Shown: piece after piece, positions 49,530-59,249 of the stretch | Layout: the number at the start of each line of letters is the position of its first letter | How positions within the stretch are numbered: position 1 is the first letter of the stretch | NCBI GenBank assembly: GCA_963674785.1 | Contig: OY771555.1 | Coordinates: forward strand, 1,856,001 to 1,920,000 | Reading direction: 5' to 3' | Origin: Caldisericia bacterium | Lineage (GTDB): Bacteria > Caldisericota > Caldisericia > JAAYUI01 | Length of the DNA stretch: 64,000 nt | The notes under the pieces: model-generated | The model's input: the letters and a program-made list of their open reading frames with translations, nothing else | Database searches by the model: none | Told to the model about the DNA's origin: nothing | Made by a program: the position numbers and the translations under genes

Positions 49530-50429
49530 ATGAAAAGACAAAAAATATTCAGTGAGATTAAGCGTTTTATTGGTATTGGACTTGGCGTAGGAATTGAAGC
49601 ATCTTCATACGCATTGTTTTTAGTTCCACACAATATTGCCCCTGGTGGTATGACAGCCGTAGCGCTCATCATCTCTGATGTAACAAACGGATTGATTTCA
49701 ATCGGACTTGCATATTTCCTTCTAAATGTTCCATGGGTAATCATCTCCTGGAAGCGAATGGGATACAAATATGCGATAAGAACAATCATCGTTTCATTCG
49801 TGGCATTTGTTTTTATCGATGGACTCATGCATTTCTTCTCAGATGCTTTCCACTTATTCGATCCAAACGCACCAATGACAAATATGATGATTGCGGCACT
49901 TTTTGGTGGAATACTAAACGGACTTGGTATCGGAATAACATTCAAAAACAGGGCATCAGCTGGAGGTACCGACCTTATTGCCCAAGTTCTCCACTACTAT
50001 ACAGGGCTTCCTTTTGGGCAGGCAATCCTGCTCATCGATACATTCATCATCATCGGTCTTGGTTTCTACTTCCAAAGTGCTCTTTACTCACTCTATGCAT
50101 TAATAGCACTTGTTGTCAGTTCGTTTGTAATAGACATAGTTCAAGAGGGTATCTCTTACACAAAGTCAATGACAATCATCACTGACAAAAAGGAAGAAGT
50201 CAGAAAGAACCTTATGGAAAGACTCGGAAGAGGAATGACACTTGTAAAAGGTGAAGGCGGTTTTAGCCAGAAAGAAAAGGCATATATAGTTGTTGCTGTT
50301 CATCGTTCACAGATATCAACCGCAAAAAATATAATTCTTGAAGCCGACCCAAACGCATTCATCATGGTGGGCCCATTAAATGAGGTTGTAGGAGAAGGAT
50401 TTAAAAAACCAAAAATTGAGGAGTGGTAA
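49530..50429 (+). CDS. YitT family membrane protein
   Basis: IAPGGMTAVA, ASAGGTD.IAQ, RGMT...GEGGFS, DPNAFI...EVVGEGF; ATG 49530 after GGAG. Confidence 0.9.
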   Translation: MKRQKIFSEIKRFIGIGLGVGIEASSYALFLVPHNIAPGGMTAVALIISDVTNGLISIGLAYFLLNVPWVIISWKRMGYKYAIRTIIVSFVAFVFIDGLMHFFSDAFHLFDPNAPMTNMMIAALFGGILNGLGIGITFKNRASAGGTDLIAQVLHYYTGLPFGQAILLIDTFIIIGLGFYFQSALYSLYALIALVVSSFVIDIVQEGISYTKSMTIITDKKEEVRKNLMERLGRGMTLVKGEGGFSQKEKAYIVVAVHRSQISTAKNIILEADPNAFIMVGPLNEVVGEGFKKPKIEEW

Positions 50430-51094
50430 TGCTTTCTATTAACTCAGTTTGCAAAAGGTATGGCAGTCAGGTTGCTCTAAACGATGTTTCGCTTGAACTT
50501 TTGAAGGGTGAATTCATGTTTATTATGGGTCACTCTGGCTCTGGCAAAAGCACTCTTTTGAAACTCATTTATGGTGCAGAAAAACCAACAAGCGGACATG
50601 TTTCTCTTTTTGGAAAAAATGTCCCAAAGCTTAATCCAAAATATATCGCCGCCCTAAGGCGTAAACTTGGGATAGTTTTCCAAGACTACAAACTCATCAA
50701 AAATAAAACAATCTGGGAAAACGTAGCATTTGCTCTCGAAGTTCAGGGAGCAAGACGAGACTATATCAAAAGAAAAGTTGCAGATGTTCTCGGATTTGTT
50801 GAATTAAACCTGAGAGCAAGAGATTATCCATATATGCTCTCTGGTGGCGAGCAACAACGAGTTGGTATCGCAAGAGCCCTTGTCAATAATCCTCAGCTGC
50901 TTTTAGCAGACGAACCAACCGGAAACCTTGATGAAAAAAACTCCGATCTGATTCTAAAAATACTATCTGAAATCAATAATATGGGCACAACCCTTCTTGT
51001 TGCAACCCACGACGTAAGAATTGTCGAGAAATCAAAGAAGAAGGTGATCAAATTAGACCATGGTCAGCTGGTCAGGAGTTCACATGTTAAGTAG
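50429..51094 (+). CDS. ftsE: Cell division ATP-binding protein FtsE
   Basis: GHSGSGKS, LRRKLGIVFQDYKL, LSGGEQQRV.IARA, ADEPTGNLD. Confidence 0.93.
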   Translation: MLSINSVCKRYGSQVALNDVSLELLKGEFMFIMGHSGSGKSTLLKLIYGAEKPTSGHVSLFGKNVPKLNPKYIAALRRKLGIVFQDYKLIKNKTIWENVAFALEVQGARRDYIKRKVADVLGFVELNLRARDYPYMLSGGEQQRVGIARALVNNPQLLLADEPTGNLDEKNSDLILKILSEINNMGTTLLVATHDVRIVEKSKKKVIKLDHGQLVRSSHVK

Positions 51095-51968
51095 AGAGTT
51101 TGGTTGGGCATTCCGTTCAATCGGAAGAGCATTTGGTAGAACTCTTTCAGCGATAATTGTTATGTCTGTTACGATTTTCCTCGTTGGCTCAACTCTTCTT
51201 CTTGGGATTGCTGGCACAACATTCGGAAAAACTGCAAAAGAAAGATTCACAATTCCTGTTCAGCTTTCACAAGAAGCTGATGAAACATCCGCAAACAATC
51301 TCGCCATTGAGCTTGAAGAATTAAGCTCCGTGAAGTCAGTAGAGATAAATAGTCCCGATAGCGTAATGGAAGAATTGGGTGAATACCTTGGCTTATCATC
51401 CGGTGAAATTCTCAGTTCAATCGGTTATAACCCGCTTCAGTGGGAACTTGTCGTTACACCCGAAGAACCTGATAACATTAAAGACTTAGCTGAAGAAATC
51501 AGCAGATACACAATGGTTGACAAAGTTGTATACGAGGAAGAGGTTGTAGATAAATTTGTGGCATTGTTTTCACTGTTCAGATGGATTGCACTTGGACTTG
51601 CTCTTCTTGCGATAATGGTTACTGCTGTTGTTATCAGCTCAACAATCATTCTTTCAATCTCAACTAGAAAAGAAGAGATCGAGGTTATGAGTCTTGTTGG
51701 TGCTCCACCATCAGTCATCATGAGTCCATACATAATAGAAGGAATCTTTTACGGTCTCATAGGCGGGGGGCTCGCAACTGTTGCTGTTTGGTGGGGTTGG
51801 TCAAAATTCCAAGTGATAATCAAATCAATGCTACCATGGTTTAACATCAATGTTGATAAACCAACATTCATTATCGTTCTTTGCTCAACACTCCTATTTG
51901 GATTTTTGATTGGACTTATTACAAGTTGGAAAGCATCATCCACACACCTTAAGAGGATTTCTGCATGA
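51084..51968 (+). CDS. ftsX: Cell division permease FtsX
   Basis: NPL loop, RKEEIEVM.LVGA, PYIIEG; follows ftsE. Confidence 0.9.
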   Translation: MLSREFGWAFRSIGRAFGRTLSAIIVMSVTIFLVGSTLLLGIAGTTFGKTAKERFTIPVQLSQEADETSANNLAIELEELSSVKSVEINSPDSVMEELGEYLGLSSGEILSSIGYNPLQWELVVTPEEPDNIKDLAEEISRYTMVDKVVYEEEVVDKFVALFSLFRWIALGLALLAIMVTAVVISSTIILSISTRKEEIEVMSLVGAPPSVIMSPYIIEGIFYGLIGGGLATVAVWWGWSKFQVIIKSMLPWFNINVDKPTFIIVLCSTLLFGFLIGLITSWKASSTHLKRISA

Positions 51969-53143
51969 AGAAAGTTTCTCTACTCCTAGTATTTATAATG
52001 CTCTTTTCTTTTGTTGCTGCCCCAGCAGCAAAAGCTGCCTACATGACACTTGAGCAAGAGATGGAGATCGCAAAGAGAAGACAGAGGGAAAGCAAAAATG
52101 CCGCAGCAAATGAAAAGAGAAAAACTGCGATTCTCAAGGATTCATACTCCGATAACAACGATCTTCTAGATCAAACAAACAAAGAAATCCAATCGACTTA
52201 CATGGATCTCGAGAGAACAAATGCCGAGATAAATGACACGGAAAATTCAATAGTCGAGACTAGAAAAAAGCTTTCTCTAATTGGTGAAGAGATTGATGAA
52301 AACAGAGAAAGAGTCAATGGGTTATTAAAATTCATCAACGAAATCAGCGGCAAGAGGTTCATTGATTTTATTTTTTCAGCGACTGATTTTTCCGATCTGA
52401 CAACAAGAAATAACGCAATCAACAAGCTCCTCGACTCAGTTGTTGTTGAAATGAATAAGCTCAGGGAAGAGTCAGCAGGTCAGATTCAAAACCAGCAAAA
52501 CCTCGAAAACAAAGAGATAAGACTTCGGGAGTTGAAGGAAAAACAGGAGAAAGAGAAAGAGTCCCTTGAGGAATTGAAAAATAAACAGGTTGCAATTCAA
52601 AATTCAATCGCATATGAAATTCAGGTCAGTGAAGCTAAAAGAAAAAAATATCTGAACAGCATAAATCAGTGGGATGCTGAAATAAATCGAATCATGGAGA
52701 AAATTCAGGAACGAAACAGACAACTCCAGATGAAGGGTGAGTTCATGTGGCCTCTGAGCACAAAAGTCTCATCAGTTTACGGAATGAGATACCACCCCAT
52801 CTTCAAAACAAACAGGATGCACACAGGAATTGATATGCCTGAAAAAATGGGTGCACCTATCTACTGTGCTGCAGATGGAATAGTTGAATATAGCGCATGG
52901 CTTGGTGGATACGGCAACTGTGTAATCGTAAACCACGGAATGAATGAGAAATACGGAAAGGCATTCTCAACTCTTTATGGACATATGTCAAAATATGGTC
53001 CAAAAAAAGGTGAAAACGTAAAAAAAGGACAGGTAATTGGATATATTGGCTCAACAGGATGGAGTACAGGCCCACACCTTCATTTTGAGATAAGAGTTAA
53101 TGGTAAACATGATAATCCACAAAAGTATCTTCCAATCAGATAA
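51965..53143 (+). CDS. Coiled-coil M23 peptidase (EnvC/CwlO-like FtsEX partner)
   Basis: Signal peptide, long coiled coil, HTGID, YGH, STGPHLHFE (Zn ligands intact). Confidence 0.9.
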   Translation: MKKVSLLLVFIMLFSFVAAPAAKAAYMTLEQEMEIAKRRQRESKNAAANEKRKTAILKDSYSDNNDLLDQTNKEIQSTYMDLERTNAEINDTENSIVETRKKLSLIGEEIDENRERVNGLLKFINEISGKRFIDFIFSATDFSDLTTRNNAINKLLDSVVVEMNKLREESAGQIQNQQNLENKEIRLRELKEKQEKEKESLEELKNKQVAIQNSIAYEIQVSEAKRKKYLNSINQWDAEINRIMEKIQERNRQLQMKGEFMWPLSTKVSSVYGMRYHPIFKTNRMHTGIDMPEKMGAPIYCAADGIVEYSAWLGGYGNCVIVNHGMNEKYGKAFSTLYGHMSKYGPKKGENVKKGQVIGYIGSTGWSTGPHLHFEIRVNGKHDNPQKYLPIR

Positions 53144-53167
53144 AATAATAGTTGAAAGGAAATATTC

Positions 53168-54328
53168 ATGAATAACAAAAATTTATGGATCGTATTGACA
53201 GTTTCTCTAGTAATAATAGCATTCGGTGCTGGAATGTTTGCAGGATTCCTTGTAAACACTAAAACAAGCCCAAATGCAAATATTGAGCAATACCAAACAC
53301 TAAGTAAAGCGGTTAACACATCTCTTGGTTCATACTTTGTTGAGCTTGATGATGAAATTCTTGCAAAAGCGCTTCTAAACGGACTTGACCCATGGTCAAC
53401 ATACTTTAACAAAGAAGAGTTTGACCAATTTCAGGAAGCAACTACTGGCGAATACTCAGGTATCGGTGTGATGATCTCACTTGATGACACAAGACAATAC
53501 GCAAGGTGTACAAGAGTTTTCAAACCATCACCAGCAAATGATGTTGGAGTCAGAGAAGGATGGCTGATAAAAGAAGTCAACGGAGAAGATGTTGTTGGTA
53601 TGAATCTTGACCTGATTGTCACCAGGATAAAAGGAACAAAGGGAACAGATGTTGAGATCACCTTCCTTGATGATGGTGTTACAATCACAAAAACAATTAC
53701 TCGTGACAATATTGTCGCAAATTCAGTTTTTACCGAACAACTCGATGGAAACATTGGATACATTGAACTGATGTCCTTTATGCCAGACAGCCCAACCGAG
53801 ATGAGTAAAGCAATTGACCAGCTTTTAACAAGTGGATCAAAGCAATTCATTCTCGATCTCAGAAACAATACTGGTGGACTATTAAGATCGTGCCAACTAA
53901 TCGCAAACCAGTTTATGGAGCGTGGCCCACTTGTGCATGTTGTCGACAAAAACAATAGAAAAGAAACGCTCAGTACAACCGGAACAAGATTCCCATATGA
54001 CATTGTTGTTTTGACAAACAGATGGTCTGCATCTGCATCAGAAATCCTTGCGGGAGCATTCCAGGATAGAGGAATCGCAAAGATTATAGGAAACAGAACA
54101 TTTGGTAAAGGTCTTGTCCAACAGATTTTCCCAGGAATTGATGGTTCGGCAATCAAACTTTCAATTCAACAGTACCTCACACCAAATGAACACCAGGTTC
54201 ACGGATTTGGAATTGCACCAGATATTGAAATGAACCCTGATCCATATCTTTTTGAAAGAATACCAGAAGACAAAAATGAGGATTTGGTAATACAAAGAGC
54301 AATTGAGTATCTAACAACCGGGGAGTAA
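53168..54328 (+). CDS. ctpA: S41A carboxy-terminal processing protease
   Basis: PDZ domain, LDLRNNTGG, SASASEI, TFGKG.VQ. Confidence 0.92.
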   Translation: MNNKNLWIVLTVSLVIIAFGAGMFAGFLVNTKTSPNANIEQYQTLSKAVNTSLGSYFVELDDEILAKALLNGLDPWSTYFNKEEFDQFQEATTGEYSGIGVMISLDDTRQYARCTRVFKPSPANDVGVREGWLIKEVNGEDVVGMNLDLIVTRIKGTKGTDVEITFLDDGVTITKTITRDNIVANSVFTEQLDGNIGYIELMSFMPDSPTEMSKAIDQLLTSGSKQFILDLRNNTGGLLRSCQLIANQFMERGPLVHVVDKNNRKETLSTTGTRFPYDIVVLTNRWSASASEILAGAFQDRGIAKIIGNRTFGKGLVQQIFPGIDGSAIKLSIQQYLTPNEHQVHGFGIAPDIEMNPDPYLFERIPEDKNEDLVIQRAIEYLTTGE

Positions 54329-54341
54329 AAGGAGATCAGTT

Positions 54342-56942
54342 ATGAGTTGGCATTCAATATCATTAAATGAAATCTTTGAAAAGCTCAAAACCACTAAAGA
54401 TGGTTTGAGCAAATCTGAAGCAGTAAAAAGGCTGGAGACTTATGGGAAAAACAAGATTGATGTAAAAGAGGGTAGCACGATCTGGCAGATGATCATTGCT
54501 CAATTTATAAACCCCCTGATCATTATTCTAATTCTCGCTTGTGTTGCTTCATTTTTTACTGGGGAAATAATTGATGCGATTGCCATTCTTGTAATTTTAG
54601 TTTTGAATGCCGTTCTTGGAGTAATCCAGGAATACAAAGCCGAAGGAGCCCTCGAAGCATTGCGCGAGATGAGCGCTCCACATGCGAAAGTTATCAGAGA
54701 TGGTCAAACAAGCGAAATCCCATCGCAAGACTTGGTTCCAGGGGATGTTGTTGTTATTGCATCCGGTGATCTTGTTCCAACTGATTTAAGGTTGACTGAG
54801 GCTATTGGTCTTGCCTGCAATGAAGCAATCCTGACAGGTGAATCAAAACCAGCCAAAAAGGATGTCAAAGCAGAGGTTGAAGAAAACGCTACATATGGCG
54901 ACAGATATAATACAGCATTTTCTGGAACAACTGTGACAACCGGCAGAGGAATTGGTATCGTTGTCTCAACTGGAATGAATACGGCAATGGGTTCAATTGC
55001 TTCCAGCCTTGCTAAAGTAAAAAAAGAAAAAACACCTCTCGACAAACAGATTTCACAACTCGGACTTATTTTGGGAATTGTTTTCCTTGTTGTCTGCGGA
55101 CTTGTTTTTGGGATCAAGGTTTACATAAGTGGAGATTGGACATCACAGCTCCTGTTTGCCGTATCTCTTGCAGTTGCCTCCATTCCTGAGGGGCTTCCTG
55201 CAGTTGTCACAATCGTTCTTTCAATTGGTACAAGCAGAATGAGCAAAAAAGGTGCGATAATCAGACGGTTGTCATCTGTTGAGACTCTTGGCGCAACAAC
55301 AGTGATCTGCACAGATAAAACAGGAACTCTGACCGAAAACAAGATGAAGGCAGAAAAAGCTGTTGTCAATATGAATATGGTTGACCTCTTCAGGGAAAGA
55401 CCGGATTCTCTTGGACCAATGGCAAAGATTTCTGCAGGTTGCAATGACGCAACATACAATAGTGACGGAGAGTTCACAGGTGACCCCACAGAAATCGCAC
55501 TTCTTCAGTTTGCAATGAGCCTGGGAGTTGAACAGAAGTCAATCCCACAAAGAGTTGATGAGCTTTCATTCGATTCAAAAAGAAAAGCAATGACCACAGT
55601 TCATCTCGAAAAGGATAAACTTTACGCCTACACAAAGGGAGCATTTGAGGTAGTACTCGATATGTCATCCCAAATGCTTCTGAATGATAAAGTTATTGAA
55701 ATCGATGACAAAATGAGGGATGAGCTTAAGAAACTCGGTTCTGAGATCACCAATGAAGGATACAGAACAATGGGTTTTGCTTACAAATATGCCCCAAGCA
55801 CCAATCCAGATGATAGGGTTGAGGAAAAAAACATGGTTCTTGTTGGATTCATTGGATTAAATGACCCAATAAGAGCAGACGTTCCTGAGGCTGTCGAGAG
55901 ATGTAAAAAAGCCGGAATAAAAACTGTTATGGTTACTGGAGACCATCCAGAAACAGCAATGATTTACGCTAGGAAGCTGGGGATTGCTGATGAGAACGAT
56001 AGAGTAGTTACAGGCAAAGACTTTGTTGAGATGGGAGATAAAGTTGATGAGATAATCCCAAAAACAAAGGTTTTTGCCAGAGTTGCCCCAGAACACAAAT
56101 TGAGGATTGTTGATGTTTTACAGTCACAAAACAACATCGTTGCAATGACTGGAGATGGAGTAAACGATGCTCCGGCACTTAAAAAAGCCGATATCGGTGT
56201 CTCAATGGGAATCACAGGTTGTGAGGTTGCAAAAGACTCCGCTTCACTAATCCTTACAGATGATAGTTTTTCAACGATCGTCAGTGCAGTTTATGAGGGT
56301 CGAGTTATATATGATAATATTAAAAAGTTCATATGGTATATGCTTGGTGCAAACATCGGTGAGGTTTTTGTTATCGTGCTTGCTCTCATACTCAAACTCA
56401 GCGAAGTACCACTTGAACCAATCCAACTGCTTTGGATCAACCTTCTGACTGATAGTCTGCCTGCTCTGGCAATCGGTGTTGAACCTGCCGAAAGCGGAAT
56501 TATGAACAGGCCACCAAGAGATCCAAAAAAGAAACTAATTTCTGGTTCTTTCCTGGTTGATACAGTTATCCGTGGTTTCATAATGGGTCTTTCAGTATTT
56601 ATTGCCTTCCTGATAGGTAGAAATGCTGGAGGACACATACTTGGTGTAACATACGCATTCACGACAATCGTGATTGCGGAACTCGTTCTTGCGTATGCCT
56701 GCAGATCATTTACCAAATCTATGTTTGAAATGAAACCATTTGCAAACCCTCAAATGCTTGGCGCAATTGCTATCTCCTTCCTGCTCTTCCTTCCCACTTT
56801 CTTCTTCCCTGAAATCTTCAAAACAACAACTCTTTCAATAAAAGACATCGGAATTATTATTGGACTGGGACTTATTCCAGCAGTCGTTGTTGACATATGG
56901 AAGTTTATAAAAAGGGCATTACATAAAAATACTGCATTATGA
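54342..56942 (+). CDS. Calcium-translocating P-type ATPase (type IIA)
   Basis: TGES, IPEGL, DKTGTLT, MTGDGVNDAPALK, QLLWINLLTD. Confidence 0.93.
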   Translation: MSWHSISLNEIFEKLKTTKDGLSKSEAVKRLETYGKNKIDVKEGSTIWQMIIAQFINPLIIILILACVASFFTGEIIDAIAILVILVLNAVLGVIQEYKAEGALEALREMSAPHAKVIRDGQTSEIPSQDLVPGDVVVIASGDLVPTDLRLTEAIGLACNEAILTGESKPAKKDVKAEVEENATYGDRYNTAFSGTTVTTGRGIGIVVSTGMNTAMGSIASSLAKVKKEKTPLDKQISQLGLILGIVFLVVCGLVFGIKVYISGDWTSQLLFAVSLAVASIPEGLPAVVTIVLSIGTSRMSKKGAIIRRLSSVETLGATTVICTDKTGTLTENKMKAEKAVVNMNMVDLFRERPDSLGPMAKISAGCNDATYNSDGEFTGDPTEIALLQFAMSLGVEQKSIPQRVDELSFDSKRKAMTTVHLEKDKLYAYTKGAFEVVLDMSSQMLLNDKVIEIDDKMRDELKKLGSEITNEGYRTMGFAYKYAPSTNPDDRVEEKNMVLVGFIGLNDPIRADVPEAVERCKKAGIKTVMVTGDHPETAMIYARKLGIADENDRVVTGKDFVEMGDKVDEIIPKTKVFARVAPEHKLRIVDVLQSQNNIVAMTGDGVNDAPALKKADIGVSMGITGCEVAKDSASLILTDDSFSTIVSAVYEGRVIYDNIKKFIWYMLGANIGEVFVIVLALILKLSEVPLEPIQLLWINLLTDSLPALAIGVEPAESGIMNRPPRDPKKKLISGSFLVDTVIRGFIMGLSVFIAFLIGRNAGGHILGVTYAFTTIVIAELVLAYACRSFTKSMFEMKPFANPQMLGAIAISFLLFLPTFFFPEIFKTTTLSIKDIGIIIGLGLIPAVVVDIWKFIKRALHKNTAL

Positions 56943-57508
56943 GAAAAGGAATTCTTTTCATTCTCTCTGGACCATCAGGTGTTGGTAAAACTACGATCTC
57001 AGATGAGCTTTGCAAAGTTGAGGAGATATTTGTTTCAATATCAGATACAACAAGAGAAAAAAGAGACACCGAGATTGATGGGGTAGACTATAACTTCCTT
57101 ACAAACGATGAGTTTATGGAAAAAGTTGCTCAAGATGGTTATCTTGAATGGGCAAATGTTCACGGCAACAACTATGGCACCCCATCGAAAAATATCCTTG
57201 AAAGAATAGATGCTGGATTAAACGCACTTCTTGTAATTGATGTCCAAGGTGCAAGGCAAGTCAGAAATAAAATCAGTTCATCGGTATTGATTTTTTTGCT
57301 TCCACCTACTATAAATGAACTCAGGAATAGACTAGATGGCAGATCGACCGATGAGGAGTCAGTTATCATAAAAAGAATCAAAAAGGCTGAGGATGAGATA
57401 AACTCTTCCTTGATTTATGATTACTCTGTGGTAAACCACAACATCGCGCAAGCAACTAGTGATGTTGTAAAAATTATAGAAAACTGCAAATCCAGGAGGA
57501 TTTCATGA
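56939..57508 (+). CDS. gmk: Guanylate kinase
   Basis: SGPSGVGKT, TTR..R..E.DGVDY, VHGNNYGT, IDVQGA. Confidence 0.95.
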   Translation: MRKGILFILSGPSGVGKTTISDELCKVEEIFVSISDTTREKRDTEIDGVDYNFLTNDEFMEKVAQDGYLEWANVHGNNYGTPSKNILERIDAGLNALLVIDVQGARQVRNKISSSVLIFLLPPTINELRNRLDGRSTDEESVIIKRIKKAEDEINSSLIYDYSVVNHNIAQATSDVVKIIENCKSRRIS

Positions 57509-57810
57509 TTGATAGAGCAAAGATCGAAAAGTTTGTTGAGGAAATGGAAGGAAACAAATACCTTGCCACACTTCTTCTCATTAAAAGGGTATCACAACTT
57601 CAGGAAAGACAAGAGAAACTGATCGCTGGTTCACAAAGATTTATGGTTGAACAGGCTATTGACGAATACCTTGAGAAAAGAATTGACTTCGAATACCGAA
57701 GACCAGAGGCAGTAAAACCAATTATTGATGAAGACATACTAATTGGCGAAGAAGAACTCGAAGATTTATCTTCAGAGGAGCCAAAAGAAGAAGACGATAA
57801 AGAGGAGTAG
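57505..57810 (+). CDS. rpoZ: RNA polymerase omega subunit with an acidic C-terminal tail
   Basis: GNKYLATLLLIKRVSQL...AIDEY; position directly after gmk. Confidence 0.75.
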   Translation: MIDRAKIEKFVEEMEGNKYLATLLLIKRVSQLQERQEKLIAGSQRFMVEQAIDEYLEKRIDFEYRRPEAVKPIIDEDILIGEEELEDLSSEEPKEEDDKEE

Positions 57811-58449
57811 ATGTCTGTTCCAGCACTGTTCATTTTGTCATATCTTTTCGGATCGATTCCATCAGGGTATCTGATTAGTAAACTGTTCCTAAAGTCTGAC
57901 ATAAGAGAATTAGGAAGCAAACAAATTGGAACTGCAAATGTGACCAGACAACTAGGTTACCCTGCTGGAATTCTGTGTTTATCGTTTGACATCCTTAAAG
58001 CATTGATACCCATGTCTATTGCATTTTACTTTTTTCACCAACCAATGTGGGTGACAGCGATATGTGGGATAATGGCAGTATTTGGACACGACTTTCCAAT
58101 ATTTCTTAACTTTGATGGTGGTGGTGGAATGGCTACCTCCATGGCAGTTTTATTCTTTATAGCACCACTGCATTTCTTTTTAATTGCACCATTTGCACTC
58201 GCAAGCTCTCTTATCACGAAGTATGTAAGCTTAGCAGGAGTTGTTATGTACTGGGGATTTGGCGTTGCGACTTGGGCAACAGGTGGTCCAATGGCTGCGG
58301 TTTATACTGCCACCACACTGGTTTTTTTGGGATTCGTTAAACAGGTTCCATGGGCTGTAAAGAACCCACCAGCAAAATTTATGAAATCAGGTTTTATTGC
58401 TTCAGATTCAGACCCTGTAACATCTGTTGAATCACATCAAGCAAATTAG
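57811..58449 (+). CDS. plsY: Glycerol-3-phosphate acyltransferase PlsY
   Basis: YLFGSIPSG, DIRELGS..IGTANV.R, DILK, GHDFPIFL.F.GGGG.AT. Confidence 0.88.
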   Translation: MSVPALFILSYLFGSIPSGYLISKLFLKSDIRELGSKQIGTANVTRQLGYPAGILCLSFDILKALIPMSIAFYFFHQPMWVTAICGIMAVFGHDFPIFLNFDGGGGMATSMAVLFFIAPLHFFLIAPFALASSLITKYVSLAGVVMYWGFGVATWATGGPMAAVYTATTLVFLGFVKQVPWAVKNPPAKFMKSGFIASDSDPVTSVESHQAN

Positions 58450-59206
58450 TACCTGCAACCTTATCATTAAAATCTAGGTGAACTAGAAACTCATGATTTC
58501 CATCATTTCCTGTAATTGGCGAGAGGGTTGCATTTCTAACAACACCACCGATTGCAACAATTCTAATCAAAGCCTCTTCAACTGCATCTCTTAGGACATC
58601 AAGTTTTCTTATCACTCCGCCTTTGCCGACTTTTTTTGGTCCAGCTTCAAACTGAGGCTTCAAAAGCCAAACAATCCAACCAGGCTTTTTCAAAATCGAT
58701 TTCAAAGGTTTTATAACCTTATCTCCGGATATAAACGAACAATCAACAACAGCACATTCAGGAGCTTCTGGAAAATCATTAGATGTCAGATTTCTTGCAT
58801 TTGTTCTGTCCATCTGAATCACACGATTATCATTAACCAGAGTCGATGCTAATTGCCCATATCCAACATCGATACAGTAAACTTTATGAGCACCATTTTG
58901 AAGAAGACAATCAGTAAAACCACCAGTGGAAGCACCAACATCAATTCCAATTAATCGATTTGGGGTTAAATCAAAAACCTCAAGAGCTTTTTCCAATTTA
59001 TAACCACCTCGACCAACATATTTCTGGGGTTCTTTTATCACAAGTTCTGCATCTTCTGGCACGAGCTGAGATGGTTTTGAAACTCTTTGATCTTTATATG
59101 AAACTTCACCAGCAATAATCAAAGCTTTTGCCTTGCTTCTGCTTCCTACAAGAGGATTGTTTGCTAGCAATTCATCTACCCTAACTCTTTTTATCTTTTC
59201 TTTCAT
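58394..59206 (-). CDS. tlyA: TlyA family rRNA 2'-O-methyltransferase
   Basis: S4 domain, YVGRGGYKL, DVGASTGGFTDCLLQ, KPQFE, GNHEF; ATG at 59206. Confidence 0.93.
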   Translation of the reverse strand: MKEKIKRVRVDELLANNPLVGSRSKAKALIIAGEVSYKDQRVSKPSQLVPEDAELVIKEPQKYVGRGGYKLEKALEVFDLTPNRLIGIDVGASTGGFTDCLLQNGAHKVYCIDVGYGQLASTLVNDNRVIQMDRTNARNLTSNDFPEAPECAVVDCSFISGDKVIKPLKSILKKPGWIVWLLKPQFEAGPKKVGKGGVIRKLDVLRDAVEEALIRIVAIGGVVRNATLSPITGNDGNHEFLVHLDFNDKVAGTNLLDVIQQMLQGLNLKQ

Positions 59207-59249
59207 TTGACTGTTTCCCTGAACTGTTTTATTATCTTGTTTTGGTAAC

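Noticed and set aside
58394-58449. 56-bp convergent overlap of plsY and tlyA, and the CTAG stop overlap of rpoN/queA
   Set aside because: Consistent with ordinary genome compaction; no additional structure seen
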